Source: Escherichia phage slur14
Sequence record: NC_028448.1
DNA: 64,000 bases
Strand: one strand, 5' to 3'
How positions within the stretch are numbered: the first letter of the stretch is position 1; each line of letters begins with the position of its first letter. The notes beneath the pieces were generated by a model, which ran no database searches, was not told the origin of the DNA, and saw only the letters and a list, made by a program, of their open reading frames with translations. The translations under genes were made by a program, and so were the position numbers. Shown here in pieces: positions 48,248 to 57,937 of the stretch.

Positions 48248-50512
48248 TCATAATTTACAGGATGAACAATCTTCAGCTTTAGGAGTTTCTATTTCATAAT
48301 CATCAGTACCAGAACCATCGCGGGTATTATGATAATAGAAATTTTTTCCGCCAAAATACCAAAAATACAAAAGGTCATCAATCATTATTGACATTGGAAC
48401 CTTGCCTTTAGGGAAGATTTGGGGGTCATAGTATGTATTCGCCGAAGCTGATTGACAAACCCATTTCAGCATAATAGCTACCTGCGTAAGATAAGGTTTA
48501 TTACCTTTCTTAGCTAATTTCCATGTATAGTCGTAAAGGTCTATGTTATGCTCAATATTGGGCACGACTTGATTAAAGGAGCCCTCTTTTGATTCTTTAA
48601 CAGAGACTGGTCCACGTGGAGGCTCGATACCGTTTGTACTGTTAGAAACTTGGGAAGATGACTCACATGGCATAAGTGCTGATAATGTGCTATTACGGAT
48701 GCCAAAGAGCTTAAGGTCTTCCCGCAGCGACGACCAGTCACAAACGTATTTTGGAGCTGCGATTTGGTCAATCTTTTTATTGTACCAGTCGATAGGTAAT
48801 TCGCCTCGAGACCAACGAGTGTCTGAATAATATTCGCAAGGTCCTTTTTCTTTGGCGAGCTTAATGGATGCTTTAATGAGTCCATACTGTAATCTCTCAA
48901 ATAGTTCATGTGTTAAATCGTTAGCATCTTCATAAGAAGCAAAGTTACTTGCCAGCCAAGCTGCATAGTTAGTAACACCTACACCAAGGTTTCGACGCTT
49001 TTTAGCTTTTTCTGCTTCAGGAACTGGATATCCTTGGTAATCCAAAAGATTATCAAGAGCACGAACTTGAACTTCTGCCAATTCATTAATTTTATCTTGG
49101 TCTTGCCAGTCAAAATTATCCAGTACGAATGCAGAGAGAGTACACAATCCAATTTCAGCATCAGGACTATTCACATCATTTGTTGGAATAGCAATTTCAC
49201 AGCACAAGTTACTCTGACGAATAGGTGCCTTTTCACGAATAAACGGAGTATAGTTATTCGTATTATCAATGAACTGCACATAAATCCTTGCTGTTCCTGA
49301 ACGTTCAGTCATGAGCAATTCAAATAGTTCACGGGCTTTAATACGCTTTTTACGAATATTAGGGTCTTTTTCTGCTGCTTCGTATAATTCACGGAAACGG
49401 TCTTGGTCTTTAAAATAAGAATAATAAAGCTCGCCACCCATTTCATGCGGACTGAACAAAGTAATGTAATCGTTCTTTCCGAATCGTTCCATCATCAAAT
49501 CATTCAGCTGAACACCATAATCCATATGACGAATGCGGTTTTCTTCTACGCCTTTGTTATTTTTCAAAACGAGAAGATTTTCAACTTCCAAATGCCAAAT
49601 AGGATAATAAGCAGTAGCAGCGCCGCCACGAATTCCACCCTGTGAACATGATTTAACTGCAGTCTGAAAATGTTTCCAAAAAGGAATAACACCAGTATGG
49701 CGTACTTCACCCATGCCAATCTTAGAACCTTCAGCACGAATCATACCTACGTTAATTCCAATTCCAGCGCGTTTAGAAATATATTCAACAATTGAAGCAG
49801 AAGCTTTATTAATTGACTTCAATGAATCACCAGCTTCAATAACAACGCATGAACTAAACTGTCGAGTCGGAGTACGGCAACCAGCCATAATAGGAGTTGG
49901 CAATGAAATCTGTCGAGTAGATACTGCTTCATAAAAACGAATAACATGTTTTAATCTATCAACAGGTTCATCTTGATGCAATGCCATTCCAATAGTCATA
50001 AATGCAAACTGTGGAGTTTCATAAATTTGACCAGTGGTTTTATCTTTAACTAGATATTTTTCTTTTAATTGCATCGCCCCGGAATAAGTAAATTCCATAT
50101 CCCGCTCGTGCTTAATTTTTGATTCTAAAAATGTAATTTCTTCTGCTGAATATTTTGACAATAATTCAGGGTCGTATTTACCTTCATTTACACAGTAAGA
50201 AATATGGTCAATAAATGAACGTGGTTCATACTGTCCATAAACATGCTTACGAAGAGCAAACATTAAACAACGTGCAGCTACATATTGATAATCAGGCTCT
50301 TCAACCGAAATAGAATTCGCAGCAGCCTTAATGACAATAGTCTGAATATCATTAGTTGTCATTCCATCACGGAGATAAGATTTAATATTTTCATATAATT
50401 CATAAGGATCTACTGATGTTCCTTCAGCTGCCCAAGATAAAACTTTAATAATTTTTTGTGGGTCAAAGCTCTGAGAAACACCACTACTTTTGATAACATT
50501 AATTAATTGCAT
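48248..50512 (-). CDS. nrdA: Ribonucleotide reductase large subunit
   Basis: 754 aa; ATP-cone N-terminus; active-site region NLCCEI. Confidence 0.9.
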   Translation of the reverse strand: MQLINVIKSSGVSQSFDPQKIIKVLSWAAEGTSVDPYELYENIKSYLRDGMTTNDIQTIVIKAAANSISVEEPDYQYVAARCLMFALRKHVYGQYEPRSFIDHISYCVNEGKYDPELLSKYSAEEITFLESKIKHERDMEFTYSGAMQLKEKYLVKDKTTGQIYETPQFAFMTIGMALHQDEPVDRLKHVIRFYEAVSTRQISLPTPIMAGCRTPTRQFSSCVVIEAGDSLKSINKASASIVEYISKRAGIGINVGMIRAEGSKIGMGEVRHTGVIPFWKHFQTAVKSCSQGGIRGGAATAYYPIWHLEVENLLVLKNNKGVEENRIRHMDYGVQLNDLMMERFGKNDYITLFSPHEMGGELYYSYFKDQDRFRELYEAAEKDPNIRKKRIKARELFELLMTERSGTARIYVQFIDNTNNYTPFIREKAPIRQSNLCCEIAIPTNDVNSPDAEIGLCTLSAFVLDNFDWQDQDKINELAEVQVRALDNLLDYQGYPVPEAEKAKKRRNLGVGVTNYAAWLASNFASYEDANDLTHELFERLQYGLIKASIKLAKEKGPCEYYSDTRWSRGELPIDWYNKKIDQIAAPKYVCDWSSLREDLKLFGIRNSTLSALMPCESSSQVSNSTNGIEPPRGPVSVKESKEGSFNQVVPNIEHNIDLYDYTWKLAKKGNKPYLTQVAIMLKWVCQSASANTYYDPQIFPKGKVPMSIMIDDLLYFWYFGGKNFYYHNTRDGSGTDDYEIETPKAEDCSSCKL

Positions 50513-50829
50513 AAGTCCTCAACTTGAAAATCGTCTTTAAACAATCGGTTAACTATATGAGCTATTATATCACCATGACACGGCTTTGGTTTACATGTGC
50601 ATCCTAGCCTCATTCCACGTAAAGGCTCTAAATGTGCTTTAGTTATTTCTCCGGATTTAATTCGACGTATAAAATCTTTTTTGAATAATTCAATGGCAGC
50701 CTCCCGGCTGCCAGCATCTTTACCGACGTAATTTCCCCAAAATGTACCGCGGTGAATATTAACATCAAAGTCGGATTTGTATTTATTCACTACCCGACAT
50801 AGACGGCCAGCGCGGTGATGATTCGGCAT
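50503..50829 (-). CDS. Hypothetical Cys/His-motif protein
   Basis: 108 aa; motif [14 protein letters not shown]. Confidence 0.5.
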   Translation of the reverse strand: MPNHHRAGRLCRVVNKYKSDFDVNIHRGTFWGNYVGKDAGSREAAIELFKKDFIRRIKSGEITKAHLEPLRGMRLGCTCKPKPCHGDIIAHIVNRLFKDDFQVEDLCN

Positions 50830-51046
50830 ATTGTTTTTCCGTTAATACAGTAATATCGTAGTAACAGTCAGAAGAAGTTTTAACTGTGGAAATTTTATTG
50901 TCAAAATATTCACGAGTCATTTTATGAGTATAGTATTTTTTACCATAAATGATAATAGGCTGTTCTGGTCCTGGAACTTCTAACTCGCTTGGGTTAGGAA
51001 GTGTAAAAAGAACAACGCCAGAAGTATCTTTAAATCGTAAAATCAT
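50783..51046 (-). CDS. Hypothetical protein
   Basis: 87 aa ORF; start overlaps td stop. Confidence 0.45.
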   Translation of the reverse strand: MILRFKDTSGVVLFTLPNPSELEVPGPEQPIIIYGKKYYTHKMTREYFDNKISTVKTSSDCYYDITVLTEKQYAESSPRWPSMSGSE

Positions 51047-51903
51047 ATTGCCATTTTCCCTTTAATTGCTGGATGCGATTCATAATTTTCAAGGATAAAA
51101 TCTTTCGGTTTCATGTATTCAGTTAACCAGTAAAGCTGTGTTTCGGTGTCACAATTTCCAAACTCTATAGGCCAATCAATTTTAAGTTCACACAGTTCTT
51201 TAGGCTCACGACGTAAAATTTCTTTACATTGCTCAGTATGATTCATATAGATGTGAGTATTACCACCAGAAAATATCAAATCTCCTGGGATAAGATTACA
51301 CATCTTAGCCACAATATGCGTCAAGGCAGCGTACGAGGCAATGTTGAATGGCAATCCCAAGAAAACATCTACACTTCTTTGGTACCATTGTAAATCAAGA
51401 TAACCATTACGCACATTAAACTGATAGAACATATGACAGGGCGGTAATGCCATTTGATTGATTTCAGCTGGATTCCATGCTGAAACGATTTGACGTCGAT
51501 CAGTTGGTAATTTTTTAATACGATCAATAGTTTCAACTAATTGATCCACACCACCGAAATCACGCCATTGTTTACCGTATATAGGACCAAGTTCACCACT
51601 ATGATATCCTAGGTCTTTAGCTTGGTTTTCATAGTTATCGTCCCAAATAGTTTTACCTTGAATAAGACTGCCATGAGTGCGAAGACGTAAATCATTAACA
51701 TTGGTAGAACCGGAAATAAACCATAGAAGCTCAGCAATGCATGCATTCCAGGCGAGCTTTTTAGTTGTTACTGCAGGAAAACCTTTTGTTAAATCCCAAC
51801 GCAATTTAGTACCGAACAAAGCAATTGTTCCTGTGCCTGTTCGGTCATCGGTTTCATAGCCATTTTCAAAAATGTCTTTAATTAAATCTTGGTATTGTTT
51901 CAT
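51043..51903 (-). CDS. td: Thymidylate synthase, uninterrupted
   Basis: 286 aa continuous [19 protein letters not shown]...; catalytic PPCH motif; no intron. Confidence 0.9.
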   Translation of the reverse strand: MKQYQDLIKDIFENGYETDDRTGTGTIALFGTKLRWDLTKGFPAVTTKKLAWNACIAELLWFISGSTNVNDLRLRTHGSLIQGKTIWDDNYENQAKDLGYHSGELGPIYGKQWRDFGGVDQLVETIDRIKKLPTDRRQIVSAWNPAEINQMALPPCHMFYQFNVRNGYLDLQWYQRSVDVFLGLPFNIASYAALTHIVAKMCNLIPGDLIFSGGNTHIYMNHTEQCKEILRREPKELCELKIDWPIEFGNCDTETQLYWLTEYMKPKDFILENYESHPAIKGKMAI

Positions 51904-51948
51904 TTAGTACCTTATATAAATTATAATACATTTTATGAAGCTAAATAA

Positions 51949-53145
<1,197 letters not shown>

Positions 53146-53156
53146 ATTATCTCCTA

Positions 53157-53489
53157 TTAAAAAGGATCAGGAACATATCCGCTAGCTTTAATCATTTTAA
53201 TTAACGTTAACATTCCTTTGTTAACTGCTCGTGAGATTTCATCAAAAACTTCATCACTAAAAAGTTCTAACACGCCCTTCTGAACTTTTAATTTACAGCC
53301 AACAATTTCGTCATCGCCTATAGTAAATTCATTACCACCAATTCCACCGAAAAACTTAATTACACCAGTTAACTGTCTTCCACGAGAATATGGGTCGTGT
53401 GATAAAGTAATATGAGTCACCCCGGGTACAGTTTTAAATTGGCAGCGAATATTTACTTGTGAAATTCCAGTTACATGAATGTCAGACAT
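53157..53489 (-). CDS. Hypothetical protein
   Basis: 110 aa ORF. Confidence 0.5.
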   Translation of the reverse strand: MSDIHVTGISQVNIRCQFKTVPGVTHITLSHDPYSRGRQLTGVIKFFGGIGGNEFTIGDDEIVGCKLKVQKGVLELFSDEVFDEISRAVNKGMLTLIKMIKASGYVPDPF

Positions 53490-53499
53490 AATATTTTCC

Positions 53500-53742
53500 T
53501 CAAATAGACTTTTTCACAATTTTCCAATCAGCTTTAAACTGATCGACGTCAGAGTGATAAATCCAAAATCCTGCGCTTTCTCCGTCTTCATAAAGAGGAC
53601 ATCCATCGCATTCATCTTCCCACCCCATATCGCGTAAAAGGTGTTCAGCTTTTTCAACAAGCTCAGAATCTTTACCGATGATATTAAAATACCATTTACC
53701 TCTAACTTCTGAATCTTTGATGCTCTGGCGTTGTAATCTCAT
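53500..53742 (-). CDS. Hypothetical protein
   Basis: 80 aa ORF; RBS aaggag. Confidence 0.5.
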   Translation of the reverse strand: MRLQRQSIKDSEVRGKWYFNIIGKDSELVEKAEHLLRDMGWEDECDGCPLYEDGESAGFWIYHSDVDQFKADWKIVKKSI

Positions 53743-53752
53743 TTTATTCTCC

Positions 53753-53821
53753 TTAGCAAGCTTTAATCAAAAGATATAAACAGACCAACATAACTGCTGC
53801 CATAATATAAGGTGCGAACAT
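53753..53821 (-). CDS. Possible 22-aa hydrophobic micro-protein
   Basis: Hand translation MFAPYIMAAVMLVCLYLLIKAC; RBS ggagaaaag 5 nt upstream; below ORF-track cutoff. Confidence 0.3.
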   Translation of the reverse strand: MFAPYIMAAVMLVCLYLLIKAC

Positions 53822-53849
53822 TTTCTTTTCTCCATTAGTTTTGATAGGG

Positions 53850-53883
53850 TAATAGTATCACACTACTACCCTTCTGTAAACTA
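53850..53883 (-). promoter_or_regulatory. Candidate early promoter (TTTACA-17-TACTAT)
   Basis: Minus strand gtttacagaagggtagtagtgtgatactattacc upstream of the micro-ORF and ORF 53500-53742. Confidence 0.4.
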
Positions 53884-54243
53884 CTTTTTGAAAGTTTTTC
53901 GCAAAAGTTCAATGATTTCATCTACATTGTTTTCGTCAACAATGCAGTGAATTTTTGTTACGCCAGAAACCTTGTCTTCTATTTCATCTTCAGAAGTCGG
54001 TTCTTTATACTCACGAAAACAATGAAATTCATCTTCGCAGACGTTGAAGTAAAAATGCTTTCCATTGGCGCATTCTACGTGTTTTACTACTTTAAATTCA
54101 TCAGCAAAGAAAACTTCTTTAACTTCAAACCATCCGCCATTTTCTTGAATAGCTTTAACTATTAATGAATTAGAACGCGGGCGATAATTAATAAATGTAT
54201 CAATAAGTCTTGGAACAAGTTCGTACTTTTTATCAATATACAT
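53881..54243 (-). CDS. Hypothetical protein
   Basis: 120 aa ORF. Confidence 0.5.
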   Translation of the reverse strand: MYIDKKYELVPRLIDTFINYRPRSNSLIVKAIQENGGWFEVKEVFFADEFKVVKHVECANGKHFYFNVCEDEFHCFREYKEPTSEDEIEDKVSGVTKIHCIVDENNVDEIIELLRKTFKK

Positions 54244-54287
54244 TATGTTTTCCTCATTTTAATAGGGGCTTGATAGCCCCTCGATAA

Positions 54288-54539
54288 TTACTGTTCAATC
54301 AATCCCATGTAAAATTCTGCATCTTCAGCATCCATACCATCACAGTATTCATTAGCCATAAATCGTTCAAGAACTTCTAAAGGACCTTCAATAACAATAG
54401 AAAAATTGCAATAATTGGGATCATCATGAATACTTGTGATACTAAGTTCAGGATAACGATTACGAATAATTTCTTCAATATATTCAAAATCAACGATGTC
54501 AATATCAACTTTAGCCATATTGTTTTCCTCTTTAATCAT
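54288..54539 (-). CDS. Hypothetical acidic protein
   Basis: 83 aa ORF; preceded by stem-loop AGGGGCT-TGAT-AGCCCCT (54272-54289). Confidence 0.5.
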   Translation of the reverse strand: MIKEENNMAKVDIDIVDFEYIEEIIRNRYPELSITSIHDDPNYCNFSIVIEGPLEVLERFMANEYCDGMDAEDAEFYMGLIEQ

Positions 54540-54609
54540 CAGCAGTATTGCCGATAGTTGTATAGTACCATAAAGCTTTATGCTTGTAAACCGTTTTGTG
54601 AAAAAATTT

Positions 54610-54641
54610 TTGAAATAAAAAAGGGGACCTCTAGGGTCCCC
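54610..54641 (-). terminator. Rho-independent terminator downstream of gene 32
   Basis: Minus strand GGGGACC-CTAGA-GGTCCCC hairpin followed by ttttttatttc. Confidence 0.75.
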
Positions 54642-54663
54642 AATTAATTAGTAATATAATCTA

Positions 54664-55572
54664 TTAAAGGTCATTCAAAAGGTCATCCAGGTCCGTGTCA
54701 TCAGCACTAGATGAACTGCCAGAGCTTGAGCTCATAAAATCATCTTCAGTTTTTGTATTGAAGTCATCAACATTGAATGCATCCAAATCATCAGCAACTT
54801 TATCAGCTTTCTTAGCAGCAGTTGCTGCGGCACCACCCATAGCAGCAGTTCCCATAACTTGACTGAACTTAGTGCTCAGTTCTTCAAACGATTTGAATTT
54901 ATCTTTAGAAGTCATTTCAGAAAGGTCAACCATTTGTTCGAACAGTTCTTTTTGGAAAGATTCATCATCAATGTTTGGAATCGCAGATTGATTCAGGAAT
55001 TTAGATTCGTCGTAGTTACTAAAACCAGAAACTTGTTTAACTTTCAGTACAAAGTTAGCACCTTCCCACGGACAAGTTACATCAACCGGAGTTTCACCCA
55101 TTTCAACATCAACTGCAATCATTGCATTGATTTTATCCCAGATTTTCTTACCGAAACGGTATTTAAATACTTTACCTTCGTTTTCTGGAGCAGCCGGGTC
55201 TTTTACTACAAGAATGTTAGCCCAGTAAGAAGTTTTACGTTTAACAAGGCTGTACTCTTTATTGTCAGTGTTGTACAAATCATTTTTACTGATGTATTGA
55301 CATACTGGACAAGAATCGTAATCACCGTGGGTAGATGAACAGTTTTCAATATACCATTTACCATTTTTCTTGAAACCGTGATTTACAAGAATTGCGAATG
55401 GTGCTTGTTCATCATTTTTAGACGGAAGAAAACGAATTACTGCTTGACCGTTACCCGCATTGTCGAGTTTCAGTTTCCACTCGCCTTTATCTTCAGAAGA
55501 AAAACCACCTTTATTTCCAGCCAGTTTAGCCATTTGTGCAGCGAGTTCAGCAGTAGATTTACGTTTAAACAT
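54664..55572 (-). CDS. 32: Single-stranded DNA-binding protein gp32
   Basis: 302 aa; N-terminus [17 protein letters not shown], zinc ligands, acidic C-terminus ...[12 protein letters not shown]. Confidence 0.95.
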   Translation of the reverse strand: MFKRKSTAELAAQMAKLAGNKGGFSSEDKGEWKLKLDNAGNGQAVIRFLPSKNDEQAPFAILVNHGFKKNGKWYIENCSSTHGDYDSCPVCQYISKNDLYNTDNKEYSLVKRKTSYWANILVVKDPAAPENEGKVFKYRFGKKIWDKINAMIAVDVEMGETPVDVTCPWEGANFVLKVKQVSGFSNYDESKFLNQSAIPNIDDESFQKELFEQMVDLSEMTSKDKFKSFEELSTKFSQVMGTAAMGGAAATAAKKADKVADDLDAFNVDDFNTKTEDDFMSSSSGSSSSADDTDLDDLLNDL

Positions 55573-55640
55573 TTTTATTTCCTTTTTAATTTAATTAACA
55601 GTTGGTGCTATGACGATGTATGACCTCATAGCTGGTCAGT
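55573..55640 (-). promoter_or_regulatory. Gene 32 translational operator: 5' pseudoknot plus unstructured A/U-rich leader
   Basis: Minus strand tgaccagctatgaggtcatacatcgtcatagc (stem 1 TGACC/GGTCA, stem 2 TATGA/TCATA) then aattaaattaaaaaggaaataaaa before ATG. Confidence 0.65.
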
Positions 55641-55655
55641 GAGATAATTATAATC

Positions 55656-55663
55656 TATTTATA
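55656..55663 (-). promoter_or_regulatory. Late promoter motif TATAAATA upstream of gene 32 leader
   Basis: Plus strand tatttata; minus TATAAATA ~85 nt upstream of gene 32 ATG. Confidence 0.45.
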
Positions 55664-55671
55664 ATAAGCAA

Positions 55672-56325
55672 TTAATACTTGCAAGATTTCACAGTTTCAA
55701 TAAAAACATTTTTAGCTTTCTGTGAATCAATATTTAAAATTTTTCTATAAGCCTTTAACTTTATAGAATAATTATTCCAGACTAAATTATCAGTCTGTTC
55801 ATCATGTTTATCAATTATATTTAAAAACGAATCAAGCAAGATAAACGTTTCAAACGAAATTATATTCGACTGAAGCAGTTTAAAAATATAACTTGATTGA
55901 ACCTTTGGATTATATTCAAAGATTTCTTTAAAAGCAGAAACTTCAACTTTTTTACTAAAATAATAAATGTTGCGAATATCTTCTTCAAACTTAAATTTAA
56001 TTTGCTTTAAGCGTCCGATATATTCACGATAAAACACAAGTGCATCAGCGTCAGAGATGTCACCAATCCAAGCATCTTGGTTAGCAACAAGATTGCTTAT
56101 AAAGATTAAAGCAAGTTCCTTTAATTTATATTTTTCTGATAACTTCTGGAAAAAATACTTATCCCTTCGCTTTTGATAAGCGGCATCAGACACCCGCATG
56201 CACCAATTATACTTAATTACATCATACTTTCCATTCATATGTTGTTTTATCATTAAGTATAATTTATAAACTGATTTACCATCAATATATCTTTCACCAC
56301 CAGCAGGCATGCGGAGTTTAATCAT
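55672..56325 (-). CDS. 59: gp59 loader of the gp41 helicase
   Basis: 217 aa ORF; synteny next to gene 32. Confidence 0.85.
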   Translation of the reverse strand: MIKLRMPAGGERYIDGKSVYKLYLMIKQHMNGKYDVIKYNWCMRVSDAAYQKRRDKYFFQKLSEKYKLKELALIFISNLVANQDAWIGDISDADALVFYREYIGRLKQIKFKFEEDIRNIYYFSKKVEVSAFKEIFEYNPKVQSSYIFKLLQSNIISFETFILLDSFLNIIDKHDEQTDNLVWNNYSIKLKAYRKILNIDSQKAKNVFIETVKSCKY

Positions 56326-56660
56326 AATAGAAAATCTAATGTATTAGTTTTTTCACAACGAACAACAGAAGGACGTAAAAGATTTTCGTCAATAGCTTCT
56401 GACTGAATTTTTTCAATTATACCCGAAGGAATAAATTTAGCAAATTGAGTTTCAGGAATAGAATTTTCTTCCAAGAATGCTGTTGTAGCTTCAAGATAAC
56501 TCATTCCAAACTCTTCTACCATTTTTTCAATAATAAATCCATTTTCTTGGCGGTCAAGAAGCTTTGCAATTTCATCCTTTTCTTTCTTAATTGAGAGTTC
56601 TTTTTCTGAAAGACCGGTCTCATCGACCGGACGAATATCATTTAGAGAAAACTGTGTCAT
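56322..56660 (-). CDS. 33: gp33 late-transcription co-activator
   Basis: 112 aa from MTQFSL...; overlaps gene 59 start. Confidence 0.8.
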   Translation of the reverse strand: MTQFSLNDIRPVDETGLSEKELSIKKEKDEIAKLLDRQENGFIIEKMVEEFGMSYLEATTAFLEENSIPETQFAKFIPSGIIEKIQSEAIDENLLRPSVVRCEKTNTLDFLL

Positions 56661-56907
56661 AAAGTTCAACTACCTCTTCAGTTTCAGCTTCAAACACATC
56701 ACGGTTATCTTTATGATACAAAGCTAATAGACGATTAAACATCTTACCATCAACGCCAAGTTCATCTTTGGCACGAATTCGAATATCTTTAATCAATTCA
56801 TTATAACCAGAAATTTTCAGTTTATGATCAGATGCTTCTTTAATAAATTTAGCCAAGTCTTCGCCGTGGATAGCTTCATCAAATTCAACCATTTCTTTTT
56901 TAGCCAT
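56638..56907 (-). CDS. dsbA: DsbA double-stranded DNA-binding protein
   Basis: 89 aa ORF; synteny. Confidence 0.75.
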   Translation of the reverse strand: MAKKEMVEFDEAIHGEDLAKFIKEASDHKLKISGYNELIKDIRIRAKDELGVDGKMFNRLLALYHKDNRDVFEAETEEVVELYDTVFSK

Positions 56908-56915
56908 TATTCACC

Positions 56916-57833
56916 TCAAAATTCATTAATGCTATTAGTTAATTTAGAAAGACCCGCTTTTACAAAATATGAATAAATTTTGCCACGCGGTGGTAATTTA
57001 TATGAATTATAGTAATTCACAATGTTTGAAGCAATATTATCAGGAATATAATCAAAATCAATTAGAACTAAATTTTCTTTATAACGATTATATTCAGATT
57101 CAGTGAGAAGCACCTTAGCTTGCTCACGGTCATTAGCAATAGCTTCAACAATAGAGGTTTTCATTGAAGGAGTTCGTTCACCTTCAACTCTAGTAAACCA
57201 AAAGTCAGATCGTACTTTAACTGAAGCAACGTTATCCTTTTTGTCGCCTTTAAGGATTTTAGTCATACAGTCAATTTCAGCAGAACCGCTTTTAATTTTA
57301 ACCCATTTCTTATGCATCGGTGACCATTGCTTAACATTTGGGTATTTGTGAAGCTGTGTAAAGTCACCATCCGATGAAATGATTAAAATCTTGTGTCCTT
57401 CTAAAGAGAACTTTTTAACAAGAACAGCAATGTGGTCATCTGCTTCATACTTATCAATATCCATAACAATGTATGGCATATAAGCTTTCAATTCATCTAT
57501 AACTTTATGGCTGGATTCAAAATAACCTTCCCAGTCCCAAGTAGATTCTTCTCGTGCTTTTCCACGGTTTTTCTTGTAATAGTAAGCAAAATCACGACGC
57601 CAGTATCCAGATTTCGCGTTATCAATACACAGTACAATTTTAGTGTATCCAAGCGTTTTTGCTTTTTTAACATTAAACTTAATTGAGTTCAATATCAAAT
57701 GACGAACCATTGATAAATTAATTTTTTCTTTATCTGGGAAGTTTACCAAAGCAGTTGAAAGCGCAATTTGACTAAAGTCAATTAAGCAGATTCCTTCTTT
57801 GTAATCTTCATCCAGCATCATTTCTAAATCCAT
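56916..57833 (-). CDS. rnh: RNase H (5'-3' exonuclease / flap endonuclease)
   Basis: 305 aa from ATG at 57833 (track ORF begins at in-frame TTG 57848); acidic active-site residues. Confidence 0.85.
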   Translation of the reverse strand: MDLEMMLDEDYKEGICLIDFSQIALSTALVNFPDKEKINLSMVRHLILNSIKFNVKKAKTLGYTKIVLCIDNAKSGYWRRDFAYYYKKNRGKAREESTWDWEGYFESSHKVIDELKAYMPYIVMDIDKYEADDHIAVLVKKFSLEGHKILIISSDGDFTQLHKYPNVKQWSPMHKKWVKIKSGSAEIDCMTKILKGDKKDNVASVKVRSDFWFTRVEGERTPSMKTSIVEAIANDREQAKVLLTESEYNRYKENLVLIDFDYIPDNIASNIVNYYNSYKLPPRGKIYSYFVKAGLSKLTNSINEF

Positions 57834-57895
57834 ATGAACCTCGTTCAATTAGTGAGATTTCTATTATATACCATCCAAATCTTAAAGTAAACAAG

Positions 57896-57903
57896 TATAA
57901 ATA
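57896..57903 (+). promoter_or_regulatory. Late promoter motif TATAAATA upstream of gene 34
   Basis: Exact TATAAATA 35 nt upstream of gene 34 ATG; RBS aggag. Confidence 0.55.
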
Positions 57904-57937
57904 CTTATTATTGAAAACACAATAGGAGCCCGGGAGA

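Noticed and set aside
54859-55338. Plus-strand 159-aa ORF
   Set aside because: Antisense within gene 32, which is unambiguous
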